Below are positions 51,048-58,700 of a stretch of DNA of 64,000 bases, piece by piece. Below the pieces are notes generated by a model, which saw nothing but the letters and a program-made list of their open reading frames with translations, searched no databases and was not told the DNA's origin. Within the stretch, counting starts at the first letter, position 1, and each line of letters begins with the position of its first letter. Source of the DNA: a virus; IMG/VR virus record IMGVR_UViG_3300020383_000006, positions 1-64,000 of that record. One strand, written 5' to 3'. The position numbers and the translations under genes were made by a program.

Positions 51048-53390
51048 ATGAAACTTTTTGACGAAAAAAGAACCCTTCTTTCCAACGTAGAAAATAAAAG
51101 TAAAATGCGGATTGAAGCATCATCCAAGATGTTTGAAATCCTCAGTTCTAAAATCTACAAATATAAACCAGCTGCCATAGTACGTGAACTTTCTTCAAAC
51201 TGTTATGATTCGCATGTTGAAGCTGGTATTCCAGAAAAACCTTTCACTGTAGTATTACCAAGTAAAATGCACAGTTACGTAGAATTTATTGACTATGGTA
51301 CTGGTATGTCACATGAAGATGTTGTAAACATTTTCACGGTTTATGGTGTTTCCACTAAGAATAATTCAAACAGTGCAATTGGTGCATTTGGTATGGGCGC
51401 TAAAACGCCTTTTGCATACGCCAAATCATTTATTGTTGAAACCGTTAAAGATGGTATCAAACGTTTCTATAATCTATATCTTGATGAATCAAGTGAGCCT
51501 TCTTACTCATTACAAGCCGAAGTAGAAACTGATGAAGGGAATGGAACAAAAATTAAAATTCCAGTTCGCGAAGAACATTACCACAAATTTGTTTCTGAAG
51601 CCGAATTTATTCTTTCATTTTTTGAAGTTCGTCCTGAAATAAACTATGCAGGGAATTTTGAATTTGTGGTTTCTGAAGAAAAAGTTAAAGAATTTTACGA
51701 ACAAGGGTTCATGCGGTTAAATATTGAACGAAGTGAATCTGAATTGTATAACTCATACCGTGATATCTACGCAGTTATGGGACCAGTTTGCTACCCCATT
51801 GATTTTTCTGATATCGGTATTAGTTCATACGAAATTTCTAGAAAACTTCCTGGACTTAAAAATGATTTGTTTAGCGGTAATGATACCATTTTTATTCAGT
51901 TTGAAATAGGTGAATTAGAAGTTAATGCTTCACGTGAAGCACTTTCTATTGACCAAGATTCAAATTCCAAAACTGTAGAAAATATCAGTAATAAAGTGAA
52001 AGAAATTAATGATCGGTTATTAAAAGAATTTGAAGATCATATTTCAAATGCTTCTAACCGAGTAGAAATGTTATCTAACCTTTATGAATATAATAAGTCA
52101 ATTTTTGAATACCGTGGAAATTGGAAATTTGAAATTGCTTTACAAAGTGTTTATTATAAGGAAAAAACGCTTCAGTCCCATTTAAAAGGAACGCTTTTGG
52201 GTCGCAATATCAATGTATATTCTTGTGAAGTACCTAAATCAAGAAAACGCTTTAATTCTAGAAATAACTTGTTACCAAGGTTTTTGTTTGATAATTACGG
52301 TAACAAAAGAAACTTTTTCGTTATTTTTGAAGATGCAGAAACTCATTTAACGACTGAATCATGGATGGGTTTTTATGCTAACGAAATTGAATATAACCTA
52401 AGAAACCAAGATTTATTGGTAAAGTTTAAAGGTAAAAAATCTGATTTAAAACTAGAGCGTTTGGCTAAATTGTTACCAGTTTTTGAACCCGAAGATTTTA
52501 ACGTTATTACTTTGTCAGAAATCCTTTCTGAACGGAAACGTATCATGCGGGAACGTCGGGTTTCTAGCGATGTAGATTCTATTACAAATAGACCCAAAAC
52601 TGAATTTAAGGCAAAAGGGTTAATTGCTAGAAATGAACCTTATACTAATTATTACCATAAAGGCAAGAAAGATATTAAAATAAAAATTCGTGAATCTAGA
52701 AATCAGGTTCGTAAGCCAGAATCAGAAAAAAGTATTTTGTATTTTTATCTGGAAAATGACTCTGGTGTATTACCTAAAAACCTTGGTATCAAATTGATTT
52801 CATTTTACCACAAATTCTTCACAAACACTTCTTACAAAGAATTTGTGTTAGTTTATAAAAACAAAATGAACGCAAAGCGAATTGAAGCTTCAGGTATCCA
52901 AAGTTTTAATGGTTTAATTAAAAAGATTGTTTCTGATAGAAAATTTTTAAGGTTCTTAAAAATATATGATATTTTAAGGAATTCAGAAAATTATAAAATA
53001 GATATTTTTGAATATAAAATTGGAACTCATCGAGAAAATGAATTAAAAGAATTCATTAAGAAAGAAGTTCTTGAGGAAGGCTTGGTTAGAATCTATTACA
53101 AATATGATTTTTTAGAAAATGAACTTGTTAATAAACTGGGTGAAAATGTTGTTGAACTGTTGTTCCAATTAAGGGAAAACTTCTATGATATTTCTACAAT
53201 TCTTGCTGTTTCACCTTTATTTAATACCGTTTACTTTGATAACCTTTTAGGCGAAATTAGTGACCCTAAAACTGAAAATAATAATAACATCGAGGATGAT
53301 TTTCCTATGTTAAAATATGTTCCTCAACACAATTTAACCTTTCAAGACAAGGTTGATGTTTCGAAATATATTCATTCGTACTTTGAATAG
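51048..53390 (+). CDS. rIIA: RIIA protein
   Basis: LSSKIY..K..AIVREL.SN..D, DYGTGM, STK, GAFGMG.K.PFAY, SREALS; precedes rIIB. Confidence 0.93.
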   Translation: MKLFDEKRTLLSNVENKSKMRIEASSKMFEILSSKIYKYKPAAIVRELSSNCYDSHVEAGIPEKPFTVVLPSKMHSYVEFIDYGTGMSHEDVVNIFTVYGVSTKNNSNSAIGAFGMGAKTPFAYAKSFIVETVKDGIKRFYNLYLDESSEPSYSLQAEVETDEGNGTKIKIPVREEHYHKFVSEAEFILSFFEVRPEINYAGNFEFVVSEEKVKEFYEQGFMRLNIERSESELYNSYRDIYAVMGPVCYPIDFSDIGISSYEISRKLPGLKNDLFSGNDTIFIQFEIGELEVNASREALSIDQDSNSKTVENISNKVKEINDRLLKEFEDHISNASNRVEMLSNLYEYNKSIFEYRGNWKFEIALQSVYYKEKTLQSHLKGTLLGRNINVYSCEVPKSRKRFNSRNNLLPRFLFDNYGNKRNFFVIFEDAETHLTTESWMGFYANEIEYNLRNQDLLVKFKGKKSDLKLERLAKLLPVFEPEDFNVITLSEILSERKRIMRERRVSSDVDSITNRPKTEFKAKGLIARNEPYTNYYHKGKKDIKIKIRESRNQVRKPESEKSILYFYLENDSGVLPKNLGIKLISFYHKFFTNTSYKEFVLVYKNKMNAKRIEASGIQSFNGLIKKIVSDRKFLRFLKIYDILRNSENYKIDIFEYKIGTHRENELKEFIKKEVLEEGLVRIYYKYDFLENELVNKLGENVVELLFQLRENFYDISTILAVSPLFNTVYFDNLLGEISDPKTENNNNIEDDFPMLKYVPQHNLTFQDKVDVSKYIHSYFE

Positions 53391-53481
53391 GTTAAAATTT
53401 AACCTTTACTTATAACCAATATTTTATTATCATAATGGCGTGAGTTAATCACGCCAACCTTTAAAATCAGGAGATTATATT

Positions 53482-54468
53482 ATGGCAGTTCAGTGTTTGA
53501 ACCAAATTGAAAAACGTGCAATTTACGATTCATTTAAAGATGGTGCTTCTAAGCGTTCACTCGCTAAAAAGTATGAAGTATCTGATAAAACGATCAAACG
53601 CGTGATTGATGAAATTGAATCTGAAAGTGAAACTACGGTTGTAGGTACAAATGAACCTGAACCACAAGAACAAACTGAAACGGTCGAAGAAAAAACCGTT
53701 GATTCAAGTTTAGAAGGCGTTCATTTCAACTTTACTTTGTGTTCTGATTCAATTTCAATTACTCATATGCTAAACGGTGAAATGGTCTCTCATAACATCG
53801 ATGAGAACCATGAAAAGTTTGAATGGGCATACGGGTTGATTATGGAATCTCGCGGCTCCCAGGAGTCTTTGCGGGAGGTTGTGGAGGAAGTTTCTACTAA
53901 AGTTAAACTGGAAACATTGACATTCGGGCGTTTAAAAGTAGAACCTGAAATTGGGGAAATGACTTATACCTTTGATGACGGGTATGTTCACCAATTCCAC
54001 GGTCGTTTATTGGAACGGGTTGTAGATTCAGTTGTAAGCGGTAATGAATCCAAACTTAACAGCCTTGTAAACTTTAGTAAACTGTTGATGGAAAACCCAT
54101 CTAATCGATCGGTTAATGAACTTTATAACTTCCTTGACCATAACTGTATTCAAATTGATGAAGAAGGTATGGTTATTGCATTTAAGAAAGTCCGTGAAAA
54201 CTTTACTGACGTTCACAGCGGAAAATTTGATAACTCTATCGGTAGTAAACCGCGAGTTAACCGAAACCAAGTAGATGAAGACTCACAAGTAACTTGTTCA
54301 TACGGGTTACATGTTTGCGCCAGTTCATACCTTAGTTCATTCGGTGGCACTAAAACAGTTAAAGTTAAAGTTCATCCGAAAGACTTTGTTGCTATCCCAA
54401 GGGATTATAAAAACGCAAAGGCTCGTGTTTGTGGTTATGAAGTTATTGATGAAGTTACTAACTGGTAA
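53482..54468 (+). CDS. rIIB: RIIB protein
   Basis: N-terminal HTH, NPS.RSV.ELY.FL, AFKKV, CS.GLH, HP.D.V.IP.DY...K.RVC.Y; own promoter 53405-53433. Confidence 0.95.
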   Translation: MAVQCLNQIEKRAIYDSFKDGASKRSLAKKYEVSDKTIKRVIDEIESESETTVVGTNEPEPQEQTETVEEKTVDSSLEGVHFNFTLCSDSISITHMLNGEMVSHNIDENHEKFEWAYGLIMESRGSQESLREVVEEVSTKVKLETLTFGRLKVEPEIGEMTYTFDDGYVHQFHGRLLERVVDSVVSGNESKLNSLVNFSKLLMENPSNRSVNELYNFLDHNCIQIDEEGMVIAFKKVRENFTDVHSGKFDNSIGSKPRVNRNQVDEDSQVTCSYGLHVCASSYLSSFGGTKTVKVKVHPKDFVAIPRDYKNAKARVCGYEVIDEVTNW

Positions 54469-54527
54469 CCCAAGACAAATGGGGTGGGTAATTTAACTCA
54501 CCTCAAATTCACCTGAGGTAAGAAATA

Positions 54528-54755
54528 ATGAAACAAGAAAGAGATATTTTAAGTGAAATTGATAATATTATTGAGACCGAACGGAAACAAGGTAATATTG
54601 TAGACCAAACTGAAGTTGGTGATATTATCAAACAATTAGAAAAATTAAGTTATAACGAATTAAAGTTAATTGAAGTTCGTTTAATTAACCTTAAAAACAG
54701 TAAGAAGCCTGACGTTAAAAAAGGTCAAGATGAACCACCAACGTTTAGTTTATAA
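54528..54755 (+). CDS. Hypothetical protein
   Basis: ORF with SD GAGG. Confidence 0.55.
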   Translation: MKQERDILSEIDNIIETERKQGNIVDQTEVGDIIKQLEKLSYNELKLIEVRLINLKNSKKPDVKKGQDEPPTFSL

Positions 54756-54783
54756 TTATTTTTAAATTATTTTCAAAAAAAGG

Positions 54784-54812
54784 TTTACTTTTATTTTTAA
54801 CTGATTTAATAT
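54784..54812 (+). promoter_or_regulatory. T4-type early promoter for the tRNA-operon leader
   Basis: GTTTACT-N17-TAATAT with an A/T-rich UP region. Confidence 0.8.
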
Positions 54813-54897
54813 GATCTTCACGGTTTAGGGAATTTTAAATTTCAAATTACCTAAATAATAATAGATTCAAAATTTTTAGGATTAACGGAATTCAATT

Positions 54898-55035
54898 ATG
54901 TTATCATTACGATTAGAAAAAGCGACAAAAGGGTATCAGCATAAATCTGCTGAGACGGGTTCGTTTTATTCTAAATCTGATAGTAATAATATTGAACCGA
55001 AAAACGGGCTTTTTGAAGTAGGGGTTTGGGATTAA
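54898..55035 (+). CDS. 45-aa putative leader peptide (not in ORF track)
   Basis: MLSLRLEKATKGYQHKSAETGSFYSKSDSNNIEPKNGLFEVGVWD*; overlaps the antiterminator 5' arm. Confidence 0.65.
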   Translation: MLSLRLEKATKGYQHKSAETGSFYSKSDSNNIEPKNGLFEVGVWD

Positions 55036-55092
55036 ACTCCAAAAGATAAAAATCTTACTTCAAAAAGCCCAGCCTAAAAAGCTGGGTTTTTT
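55006..55092 (+). terminator. Attenuator: antiterminator (55006-55022/55054-55070) overlapping an intrinsic terminator (55062-55092)
   Basis: GGGCTTTTTGAAGTA pairs perfectly with TACTTCAAAAAGCCC; the competing hairpin is GCCCAGC-CTAAAAA-GCTGGGT-TTTTT. Confidence 0.8.
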
Positions 55093-55167
55093 ATTACATA
55101 TAGAAAATTTGAATTACAATAAAGAAATTTAATTTACGAATCAAGTTTCCTTATTATAGTTTAAAAA

Positions 55168-55180
55168 TGTTCTTTAACAA
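55168..55180 (+). promoter_or_regulatory. Nus antitermination boxA-like site
   Basis: TGTTCTTTAACAA matches GYTCTTTAANA, ending 17 nt before the first tRNA. Confidence 0.65.
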
Positions 55181-55197
55181 ATTGGGTTCTAGACAGT

Positions 55198-55273
55198 GGT
55201 GGTAGTGGCAGAGTGGTTATGCCCTCGGTTGTGATCCGAGATCACGTGGGTTCAAATCCCATCTACCACCCCA
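55198..55273 (+). tRNA. tRNA-His(GTG)
   Basis: G-1/C73, CTCGG-TTGTGAT-CCGAG, CCA. Confidence 0.95.
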
Positions 55274-55286
55274 AAGTCTTACTTGT

Positions 55287-55359
55287 ACTCCCATCGTCTA
55301 GTGGTCTAGGACACTTGCCTTTCACGCAGGGAACAGGGGTTCAAATCCCCTTGGGAGTA
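55287..55359 (+). tRNA. tRNA-Glu(TTC), CCA not encoded
   Basis: CTTGC-CTTTCAC-GCAGG. Confidence 0.92.
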
Positions 55360-55375
55360 CAAGTAAGATTTAAAA

Positions 55376-55453
55376 GGCGGAGTGGACTGGAGTTGGTTCC
55401 AGCTCAGGCTCATAACCTGAATGACGTAGGTTCGAATCCTACCTCCGCAACCA
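55376..55453 (+). tRNA. tRNA-Met(CAT), initiator-like
   Basis: 1:72 mismatch, TCAGG-CTCATAA-CCTGA, ACCA. Confidence 0.88.
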
Positions 55454-55459
55454 GTTTGT

Positions 55460-55534
55460 AGTGGTATAGCTCAGCGGTAGAGCAAACTCTTGATAAGGGT
55501 TAGGTCGCTGGTTCAAATCCAGCTACCACTACCA
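55460..55534 (+). tRNA. tRNA-Ile(GAT)
   Basis: AACTC-TTGATAA-GGGTT, ACCA. Confidence 0.93.
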
Positions 55535-55543
55535 AATTTAAAA

Positions 55544-55629
55544 GGACGTGCGGCAAAGTTGGTGAGTTGCGGCAGACTGTAAATCTGTTACCTCAGGTTA
55601 AGAAGGTTCGAATCCTTCCACGTCCACCA
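55544..55629 (+). tRNA. tRNA-Tyr(GTA)
   Basis: GCAGA-CTGTAAA-TCTGT, long variable arm, ACCA. Confidence 0.95.
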
Positions 55630-55637
55630 GTTTCGAA

Positions 55638-55766
55638 AGCGCCACACTAGCGTGATTAGACTTCATCATCTACGTGATGTATGGTGCATACCAAGATAAA
55701 GTAACCTGAAGTAGTGTTCCGGTGAAATTGAAAGGAAGATAAGGTTCAAGTCCTTAACTGATGCTG
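55638..55766 (+). ncRNA. tRNA-like ncRNA with a T-arm
   Basis: TAAGG-TTCAAGT-CCTTA near the 3' end; terminal pairing AGCGCCA/TGATGCT; no anticodon arm. Confidence 0.5.
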
Positions 55767-55778
55767 AAGAATTTTAAA

Positions 55779-55857
55779 CTCCGTGTAATATCAGTCTGGT
55801 CAGATGGCTCGATTTGGAATCGAGAGGTCGTAGGTTCAAATCCTACCACGGAGACCA
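55779..55857 (+). tRNA. tRNA-Pro(TGG)
   Basis: CTCGA-TTTGGAA-TCGAG, ACCA. Confidence 0.93.
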
Positions 55858-55862
55858 ATTTT

Positions 55863-55918
55863 GGTTATATGCTTATAACTAATAGTTATTATACGCAAGC
55901 CATAATTTTTAGTATAAT
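55863..55918 (+). promoter_or_regulatory. Early promoter with conserved upstream element (copy 3)
   Basis: GGTTATATGCTTATAACTAATAGTTATTATAC-N18-TATAAT. Confidence 0.7.
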
Positions 55919-55976
55919 ATTTGCGTTGGTTGGGAAGATCAACGTTAATTAACTAAAATTGAAGGAAATCTATATT

Positions 55977-56204
55977 ATGGCTATTAAACCATTATCTGAA
56001 AAACCAGTTGCTTCAAAACAAGAAATTGATTTATCTGGTCCAGATGGAAACGCTTTTGTTTTGTTTGGTTATGCTAAAAATTATGCAAAACAATTAGGTT
56101 TAGACGGTAATAAAATCGTTGAAGAAATGAAAAGCGGTGACTACGAAAATTTGTTAAATGTTTTTGATAGTTATTTCGGTGAGTTTGTAACTCTTTATCG
56201 CTAA
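55977..56204 (+). CDS. Small hypothetical protein
   Basis: IDLSGPDGNAFVL, EMKSGDYENLL; SD AAGGA. Confidence 0.7.
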   Translation: MAIKPLSEKPVASKQEIDLSGPDGNAFVLFGYAKNYAKQLGLDGNKIVEEMKSGDYENLLNVFDSYFGEFVTLYR

Positions 56205-56213
56205 TAGAATTTT

Positions 56214-56241
56214 GTGAGCCGAATATTCGGCTCACTTTTTT
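56214..56241 (+). terminator. Intrinsic terminator inside the tRNA array
   Basis: GTGAGCCGAA-TA-TTCGGCTCAC-TTTTTT. Confidence 0.75.
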
Positions 56242-56244
56242 ACT

Positions 56245-56324
56245 GGAGTATGGGACTGCTAGGTGTGGTCGCTGGCCTGTCACGTCAGATGTTCAGAGGG
56301 GTTCGAATCCCCTATACTCCGCCA
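56245..56324 (+). tRNA. tRNA-Asp(GTC)
   Basis: CTGGC-CTGTCAC-GTCAG, GCCA. Confidence 0.92.
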
Positions 56325-56329
56325 TTTTT

Positions 56330-56404
56330 GGGGAATTAGCTCAGCGGTAGAGCGACTGCCTGTTAAGCAGTTGGCCATTGGTTCGAATCCAATATTCCCC
56401 GCCA
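56330..56404 (+). tRNA. tRNA-Asn(GTT)
   Basis: ACTGC-CTGTTAA-GCAGT, GCCA. Confidence 0.95.
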
Positions 56405-56409
56405 ATTTT

Positions 56410-56487
56410 GGGTCGGTAGCCAAGTCAGGTGAAGGCAATGCACTTTTAATGCATGGATCGAAGGTTCAAATCCTTCTCGACCCACCA
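56410..56487 (+). tRNA. tRNA-Lys(TTT)
   Basis: ATGCA-CTTTTAA-TGCAT, ACCA. Confidence 0.95.
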
Positions 56488-56492
56488 ATTTT

Positions 56493-56564
56493 GGGGCTGG
56501 TTCTTGGTGACGGAAGATGGTTTGCAACCATTTGAGGAGGGTTCGATTCCCTCTAGCTCCACCA
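56493..56564 (+). tRNA. tRNA-Ala(TGC) with reduced D region
   Basis: GGGGCTG/TAGCTCC with G3-U70 and A73; GATGG-TTTGCAA-CCATT. Confidence 0.8.
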
Positions 56565-56571
56565 AATACAG

Positions 56572-56677
56572 ATTATTTTGTACTGGCGCAATACATGAGT
56601 TCTTTCCTAGGTTTTTTAAAAAGGCTCCGGCTTCCGCTGGCTAATAGGTTGAATGCGGGGCGTCAGTACAAAATAAT
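56572..56677 (+). ncRNA. ~106-nt structured RNA
   Basis: 18-bp closing stem ATTATTTTGTACTGGCGC/GCGTCAGTACAAAATAAT between two tRNAs. Confidence 0.55.
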
Positions 56678-56684
56678 TTTAATT

Positions 56685-56760
56685 GCCGACATAGCTCAAC
56701 TGGGAGAGCAGCGCCTTTGTAACGCGCATGTTGGGAGTTCGAATCTCTCTGTCGGTACCA
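56685..56760 (+). tRNA. tRNA-Thr(TGT)
   Basis: GCGCC-TTTGTAA-CGCGC, ACCA. Confidence 0.92.
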
Positions 56761-56802
56761 ATTTATTGTTAGGTATTTAATTATGTTTGGTGGTAAGAAT
56801 AT

Positions 56803-56879
56803 AGGGGATTAGCCAAGCGGTCGAAGGCAACGGACTTTGATTCCGTTATTCAAGGGTTCGAATCCCTTATCCCCTCCCA
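56803..56879 (+). tRNA. tRNA-Gln(TTG)
   Basis: ACGGA-CTTTGAT-TCCGT, CCA. Confidence 0.93.
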
Positions 56880-56899
56880 ATTTTGAAAGGAGATATATT

Positions 56900-57163
56900 A
56901 TGGTTCGGTTTTATCCAAGGGAACTAGAAGTTTGGAAATCTAAGTTTGATTTTTCTGGAGATACAACCTTAGTTAATAGAACACTAAAACCATATAAAGA
57001 ATTTTATGATAGAGCTGAATTGATAAAATTTTTGAGGGAGAATGGTCCCAAATTAGATAATTCTAAATACCCTTTAGAGTTTAATTCAATAAATCACCAT
57101 TACTATGGTTATTGCCATGTCGTAAAACAAATCGGTGTTCTCGGTTGGATGATTGAGAAATAG
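56900..57163 (+). CDS. Hypothetical protein
   Basis: SD AAGGAG before ATG 56900. Confidence 0.6.
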   Translation: MVRFYPRELEVWKSKFDFSGDTTLVNRTLKPYKEFYDRAELIKFLRENGPKLDNSKYPLEFNSINHHYYGYCHVVKQIGVLGWMIEK

Positions 57164-57181
57164 GGTAAAGTTTTAATTAAT

Positions 57182-57255
57182 GCGTGTGTAAACTCAGTTG
57201 GTAGAGTTCCGTCCTTCCAAGTCGGTGGTCGCAGGTTCGAATCCTGTCACACGCT
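57182..57255 (+). tRNA. tRNA-Gly(TCC), CCA not encoded
   Basis: CCGTC-CTTCCAA-GTCGG, U73. Confidence 0.9.
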
Positions 57256-57263
57256 CAATTTAA

Positions 57264-57350
57264 GGAAAGTTGGCAGAGCGGTCTATTGCACTCGACTGCT
57301 AATCGAGAGTCCTTCGGGGCACGTGGGTTCGAATCCCACACTTTCCGCCA
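57264..57350 (+). tRNA. tRNA-Ser(GCT)
   Basis: CTCGA-CTGCTAA-TCGAG, long variable arm, GCCA. Confidence 0.95.
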
Positions 57351-57354
57351 ATTC

Positions 57355-57449
57355 GGAAGGTCGCAAGGCTGGCGTGCTTATCGGTCTTGAAAACCGTGAT
57401 GCTGAGTGAGTAGCTCGGCGTATGGGTTCGATCCCCATACCTTCCTCCA
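57355..57449 (+). tRNA. tRNA-Ser(TGA)
   Basis: CGGT-CTTGAAA-ACCG, long variable arm, CCA. Confidence 0.88.
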
Positions 57450-57471
57450 ATTTTATTAGTAAGGGTTTGTT

Positions 57472-58698
57472 ATGTATAATTTGATTAAAGGTGAAAATTT
57501 TGATATTAAAGTTTGGAACAAAGATGTTCCAATGGAATCAGGTGTATTTGACCAAGTAAGAAACCTTGCTAAATTACAAGGCGTTCAGGCTGTCTCATTA
57601 ATGCCAGATGCTCATGTTGGCAAAGGGTCAACCGTAGGGTCAGTCATCGTAACTAAAAACGTTATAATTCCTGCTACAGTAGGTGTTGACATCGGTTGCG
57701 GTATGAATGCAATCCGGTTATCTTTAAAAGCTTCTGATTTACCTGAATCACTTACTCAAGTAAGGAACGAAGTAGAAAAAATGGTTCCAGTTGGTTTTGA
57801 CCAACATTCTGACCAACGTACTGGAATTAGTGCTCACAGAAATACTCGTTCAATGCTTAATCGTTATATGAGCAAATTAGAACTTGGGTTTAATGAAATT
57901 ACTAACAAACACGAAGATATTAGCAAAATGTCTAAAAACTTACCACAAAAAGTTCTTCAACAAATCGGGACTTTGGGTGGTGGTAACCATTTCATTGAAT
58001 TATGTATTGATGAAAACCAAGATGTTTGGGTAATGCTTCATTCAGGTTCTCGTGGTGTAGGTAACGCAATTGGTCGTTACTTTATTGAAAAAGCTAAAGA
58101 AGAAATTTTAAAATCAGGGTTACAAGTACCAGAAAAAGATTTATCTTATTTATCCCATGGTACAGATTTGTATCGTGATTATATTGATTCTGTTGGTTGG
58201 GCGCAAGAGTACGCTAAAACTAACCGCAAAGCAATGATGGAATTGGTTCTTACTGCTTTGAAAAGATATTTACCGAATTTCATTGTTACGAAAGAAGCGA
58301 TTAATTGTCACCACAACTATATTTCTAAAGAAGTTCATATGTCTGAAGAAGTATATGTTACCCGTAAAGGTGCAGTTTCAGCGCAAGCTGGTGAATTAGG
58401 AATTATTCCTGGTTCTATGGGTGCTAAATCGTATATCGTTCGTGGTAAAGGTAACGTTGATTCATTTTGTTCTTGTTCACATGGCGCTGGTCGTGTAATG
58501 TCAAGAAGTAAAGCTAAGAAAATGATTTCTATTGAGGATCATTTAAAAGCAACTGATGGCGTTGATTGTCGTAAAGATAAAGGTGTATTAGATGAATCAC
58601 CTTTAGCGTATAAAGATATTGACGCAGTAATGAGTTCACAAGATGACTTGGTTGAGGTAGTTCATACTCTTAAACAAGTTATGTGTGTAAAAGGTTAA
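57472..58698 (+). CDS. rtcB: RtcB RNA 2',3'-cyclic-phosphate/5'-OH ligase
   Basis: MPDAHVGKG, VGVDIGCG, GTLGGGNHFIE, LHSGSRG, CHHNY, TRKGA, SCSHGAGR. Confidence 0.97.
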   Translation: MYNLIKGENFDIKVWNKDVPMESGVFDQVRNLAKLQGVQAVSLMPDAHVGKGSTVGSVIVTKNVIIPATVGVDIGCGMNAIRLSLKASDLPESLTQVRNEVEKMVPVGFDQHSDQRTGISAHRNTRSMLNRYMSKLELGFNEITNKHEDISKMSKNLPQKVLQQIGTLGGGNHFIELCIDENQDVWVMLHSGSRGVGNAIGRYFIEKAKEEILKSGLQVPEKDLSYLSHGTDLYRDYIDSVGWAQEYAKTNRKAMMELVLTALKRYLPNFIVTKEAINCHHNYISKEVHMSEEVYVTRKGAVSAQAGELGIIPGSMGAKSYIVRGKGNVDSFCSCSHGAGRVMSRSKAKKMISIEDHLKATDGVDCRKDKGVLDESPLAYKDIDAVMSSQDDLVEVVHTLKQVMCVKG

Positions 58699-58700
58699 TT

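Noticed and set aside
6608-54270. Many antisense or alternate-frame ORFs inside topoisomerase, nrdA, gp29, gp46, uvsW and rII
   Set aside because: Shadow ORFs of well-supported genes with no motifs
56493-56564. Reading this tRNA as Cys(GCA)
   Set aside because: The 7-nt loop centres on TGC and the acceptor has G3-U70/A73; a true Cys tRNA is at 58701
55213-56780. ORF-track entries at 55213, 55761, 56263, 56453 and 56517
   Set aside because: They run through tRNA genes and are artefacts of GC-rich RNA sequence
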